Of a DNA stretch of 10,998 nt, positions 10,901 to 10,998 are shown piece by piece. The notes beneath the pieces were generated by a model. That model was not told where the DNA came from, searched no databases, and worked only from the letters and a program-made list of their open reading frames with translations. The stretch's first letter is position 1; every line of letters begins with the position of its first letter. Source of the DNA: Alphaproteobacteria bacterium (GTDB taxonomy: Bacteria > Pseudomonadota > Alphaproteobacteria > UBA8317). Location: the NCBI GenBank assembly GCA_038131935.1, contig JAYPQH010000043.1:1-10998 (forward strand). The letters run 5' to 3'. Both the position numbers and the translations under genes were made by a program.

Positions 10901-10998
10901 CTGACCAGATTTGATGGCCACGACATCCCCAGTGATAACGCCTTCACTCGTGAGGTTTCGGTCCGCAGACATCACAATACTCGTGAATTTATCACCAT
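1..10998 (-). CDS. Internal part of a giant adhesin-like surface/secreted protein (FHA-like beta-helical repeats plus inserted globular modules); both ends outside the window; frame interrupted at ~4240, ~2200 and ~1975
   Basis: Four abutting minus-strand reading segments share composition and recurring motifs: IDADLTQAGNIVIMDKDDL (~10545-10605), IETAVNNLNLSVTGGD (~9115-9160), NTLADYLSVDVAGTGNIDINEADAL (~6675-6750), LTTDVDRLSATITS (~2217-2260) and GIGASNAIETRVAALDITNTGTGDINIVEFDD (~1347-1442). There is no intergenic-like DNA, and the frame is open at both window edges. The family assignment is from recalled motif patterns, not from a search. Confidence 0.85.
1955..2215 (-). other. Two clusters of frame-compensating indels producing in-frame stops at 2211-2213, 2199-2201, 1974-1976 and 1971-1973
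   Basis: The frame is the same before and after each cluster, while family-like peptides sit in alternative frames inside them (GDFTLE; SNLISNGG; NVSLGTPGDNGVAL). Confidence 0.7.
1974..2198 (-). CDS. Segment 3: short in-frame piece between two indel clusters
   Basis: It is in the same frame as 2211..4214 and 1..1970. GDVDIRVAGDLTINNIVGDVGRVRLVSTGGSVTVG is a typical beta-helix repeat of this protein, so this is not an independent small gene. Confidence 0.75.
   Translation of the reverse strand, partial: ADLKLRSVIRTLSPMGDVDIRVAGDLTINNIVGDVGRVRLVSTGGSVTVGKMSGYTSDAAFVVDPRERVIGNTW
2211..4260 (-). CDS. Segment 2 of the giant protein (continues segment 1 after a frameshift)
   Basis: This is the 667-aa ORF of the track. 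Its frame is open up to 4260 and reads NLTFDNNQVFVDESEF upstream of and through the GTG at 4214. There is no convincing RBS or signal peptide, and it carries the same module type as segment 1. Confidence 0.85.
2560..6200 (-). repeat. Large block (~1,200 aa) of about 9-11 degenerate modules spanning the 4240 frameshift
   Basis: The recurring pattern is an entry strand (NQVTVLSI, PQTSVVTL, QQTDFIF, VQTIAF), a G-x-x-[YF]-x-[ILV]-x-[ILV] hairpin, an amphipathic helix (ILSDLAASI, LGAALATAF, LLGQLEDSI, LLVDLAAAL, ALGELEASI, LLNALSAAI) and exit strands (TITAVAANT, SITAVANNT, SLTAAAAND). Boundaries are approximate. Confidence 0.7.
4178..4260 (-). other. Frameshift interval (apparent 1-bp deletion, best placed at ~4240)
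   Basis: The two frames overlap only over 4178-4260. Restoring one G in the minus-strand sequence ttg gat g[g]t aat ctt acg ttt gives ...IAALDGNLTFDNNQVFVDE... Confidence 0.8.
4178..10998 (-). CDS. Segment 1 of the giant protein (5'-partial; last ~20 codons probably out of frame)
   Basis: This is the 2265-aa ORF of the track. The frame continues upstream of 10975 to the window edge (GDKFTSIV-MSADRNL), so the listed start is not real. The tail VILRLITIRCLLMSPNLQRI is compositionally alien and holds the only Cys I see in the ORF. Confidence 0.9.
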   Translation of the reverse strand, partial: GDKFTSIVMSADRNLTSEGVITGDVVAIKSGQNELSGFGDIIITEPARITADQSLSFLAGGAKGDILLRGGVYTVLDAAGEMSFTALSGSVGSVAYTMPDSTVAVPSLAAHGLIVQAGKSVDLQHLDIDVLIDADLTQAGNIVIMDKDDLVVNSVRLTDGELNITAGGALTVSEATALGTSDRNDISLMIAATGGGSGQVAPSETLTYGNITTGVTGSGGVLSLSKNDSTDLGFTELNITNQVSLVDANAAASIASYDLTSLGAITAGEVYNFSFGSENVSFRASSTDLDIFGAELAAAIHWDGVVDQYTTGGTFVLENLDGQDLGFTTAVASRNVTLLDADAANEDAAYDLTGLGTINAGQNYVLTYGDKTVSFTASSNDLNIFGSELAAAVNDVDITDGYTNYTEQFSNGRGDVTLSSTGAIRAAAGGLVVADHVFAKAGRLAIGDQASILDLNLHAQKLSLDTDGAGDVDIQQTAPTGYQAKRLTIDAFTPEGSVNPTFKSQVTNGDVIIDADGDLQILLLTLKTAATQNWSVTSSGDMEIDRLLVGEWLDSGDLAAGQTRATIQTTLSLQSGRHILDYDDDELVDGEEASVDVIAGNLTVVASGNVDSIETAVNNLNLSVTGGDAFITDVDSDVELTRGLTVLNAVLDDDKSLGIQSEGTLLLSRKDVNKRVTFPDEVLTGTVKANAISLESTGANVEVVDDTTDAITPLELINSGDDTTSIRVVAADTITMPEVIIGDDLTEYRAGNRWIFGTTTKTSQMPATLASDKLILHTGSTLGFGALTADPNAAPSIDIKARTLLDLSSGQDLLIAGTIGHRDGGAEKIDEIKIAATGENQVVRGADTEFLTSSLITEMSNDGDATNDYEKLTIDFGSLSEVKLGQAYTLNVERGLTSSSTASSVINFVAGAETTTELATQFVTNYTSGADYLGALPAGASADTVTRVGDVVTITRTISNVGTYNALEAVTVTMDVAVIANNVGAITTAVNTTTQDEVQTARVDLVDLVALADDVDFTLSIDGQSVTKTSTSGDTLTSLATAFADGATGLFSSSAQTAASASQSRVILNRTMVVGETALVGEAATITASKTLTASEATADGVETYQIDLSELGGLVEGGVYTIQVGAESVSTTASVTDSFASLATVFADNASGLFNARADIDVTAETSILTITRDISLGGVALAGSASSFGYSKSVNLSTQVTDRAVTDTLTIDVSDIAANAGEAYTLVIADDAQVDAAEDDRFTVVIPYTVAAADVVDTLGANFASIVFAGDAKHDVHYDSATNILTIERLLAADESDTFVGGQVSATHKVVDRTGALSLNIAKFEADRFELRAGKSVEVVTTNDLLLNGFVGGVAGFDYTGDVELTVGGNLTLQGGIVAATENLVVRADGVASDGASVFVATELSITSQGEVQANTLADYLSVDVAGTGNIDINEADALIVNSIKAADGTIRLATGGDTIIHDIANTADGDNINLEISGNLQIDRIEAGTSVGTEKTGGVITIDTLGTISEYKDPTPLDVTSRDDDLLRGADVVGYQIDIKTPGAAFNGFTSLVSPGDQDGSGDKLNIEIRQFDTNRVVNGVSIPDQDNSTLTVAAQRLTGGVSVSGTVTEVAAPGEDVNQVTVLSIPSSFDIGSEFRVTVEGDLHTRTVALGETLDVILSDLAASIIDVNQDGTDDGHYTVAIDAAAPSMTITAVAANTSFTASVEVVSFDTETLPGIFTNSGVVPVVAAGEDATQTTRLYLEGDNVLSGPSELLTAVIDGVRYYAASSEPYEIYVTGAQAGDLTTTYELSSTSDMVKVIALDPTMTLPSNQTYQVQLGPDGNEIISYTSASVTLADVDALGAALVQNATVAAGFSLSYDNASHELRLTRDATSTDFGDDHFDYALEGDTIAAPTHSVVPEYRWGIDLSMVTSIVAGATYSFDFGGYQVDIVATSTDLDDLGAALATAFGPTPSAGETYASSYDADSDQLTIEQTDGDASSFDAFGEVSVTSSIPTTTLANGYLISIADLNVETTGGYEGLITISNGGNSFSIDAGSDDYDTRAEFAVKMVAELTNGLVDTAVALNFADGVDVSSDTLDMFEQLIKLDRPDAFSQATSLVKSKMLDFSQVALVAGESIALTLGGVALFTIDPETVEGTVATTAATANSPQTSVVTLSTVYEAGTTFSIIIDDNVYEATATDTGSGLDSVADLLGQLEDSIEATGDFDVTVDSGNGTLSITAVANNTVYAITGSVVTTLSTQLENIAALDVILRLITIRCLLMSPNLQRI
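7050..8400 (-). repeat. Array of four degenerate ~105-125 aa modules
   Basis: Modules start at YEKLTIDF (~8390), VQTARVDL (~8005), VETYQIDL (~7693) and TDTLTIDV (~7375). The middle two are 312 bp apart and share SLAT(A/V)FAD(G/N)A(T/S)GLF. Each ends with a TITR/ILNR/TIER strand. Confidence 0.8.
9818..10342 (-). repeat. Diverged tandem duplication, period 279 bp (93 aa)
   Basis: Units 10097-10342 and 9818-10063 align without gaps at 43/82 identical aa by hand count. DNA anchors aagatc (10301/10022), gtcatag (10223/9944) and aaagat (10121/9842) are all 279 bp apart. Confidence 0.9.

Noticed and set aside
10973-10975. Start codon of the 2265-aa ORF
   Set aside because: The frame stays open to the window edge and the sequence is mid-repeat, with no signal peptide.
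1-10998. CRISPR array, DGR template/variable repeat pair, IS ends, RTX nonapeptides
   Set aside because: I saw no near-identical DNA repeats, adenine-specific mismatch pattern, terminal inverted repeats or GGxGxDxL runs by eye. All repeats seen are diverged protein-level repeats.

Overview
The whole window appears to lie inside one giant minus-strand gene; neither its start nor its stop is in the window. It encodes more than 3,600 aa of an acidic, Thr/Ala/Gly/Val/Asp-rich, essentially Cys-free surface or secreted protein (giant adhesin-like). Filamentous-haemagglutinin-like beta-helical stretches alternate with three inserted blocks containing about 15 degenerate 90-105 aa beta-beta-beta-alpha-beta-beta modules. 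At least one module appears nested inside another, and one block appears circularly permuted. The reading frame is broken by an apparent 1-bp deletion near 4240 and by two clusters of frame-compensating indels at about 2150-2215 and 1955-2010. These are most simply sequencing or assembly errors, but real lesions cannot be excluded. The last ~656 codons (1970 to 1) are open but missing from the ORF track. I found no RNA genes, mobile elements or CRISPR arrays. The plus-strand ORFs are antisense shadows.
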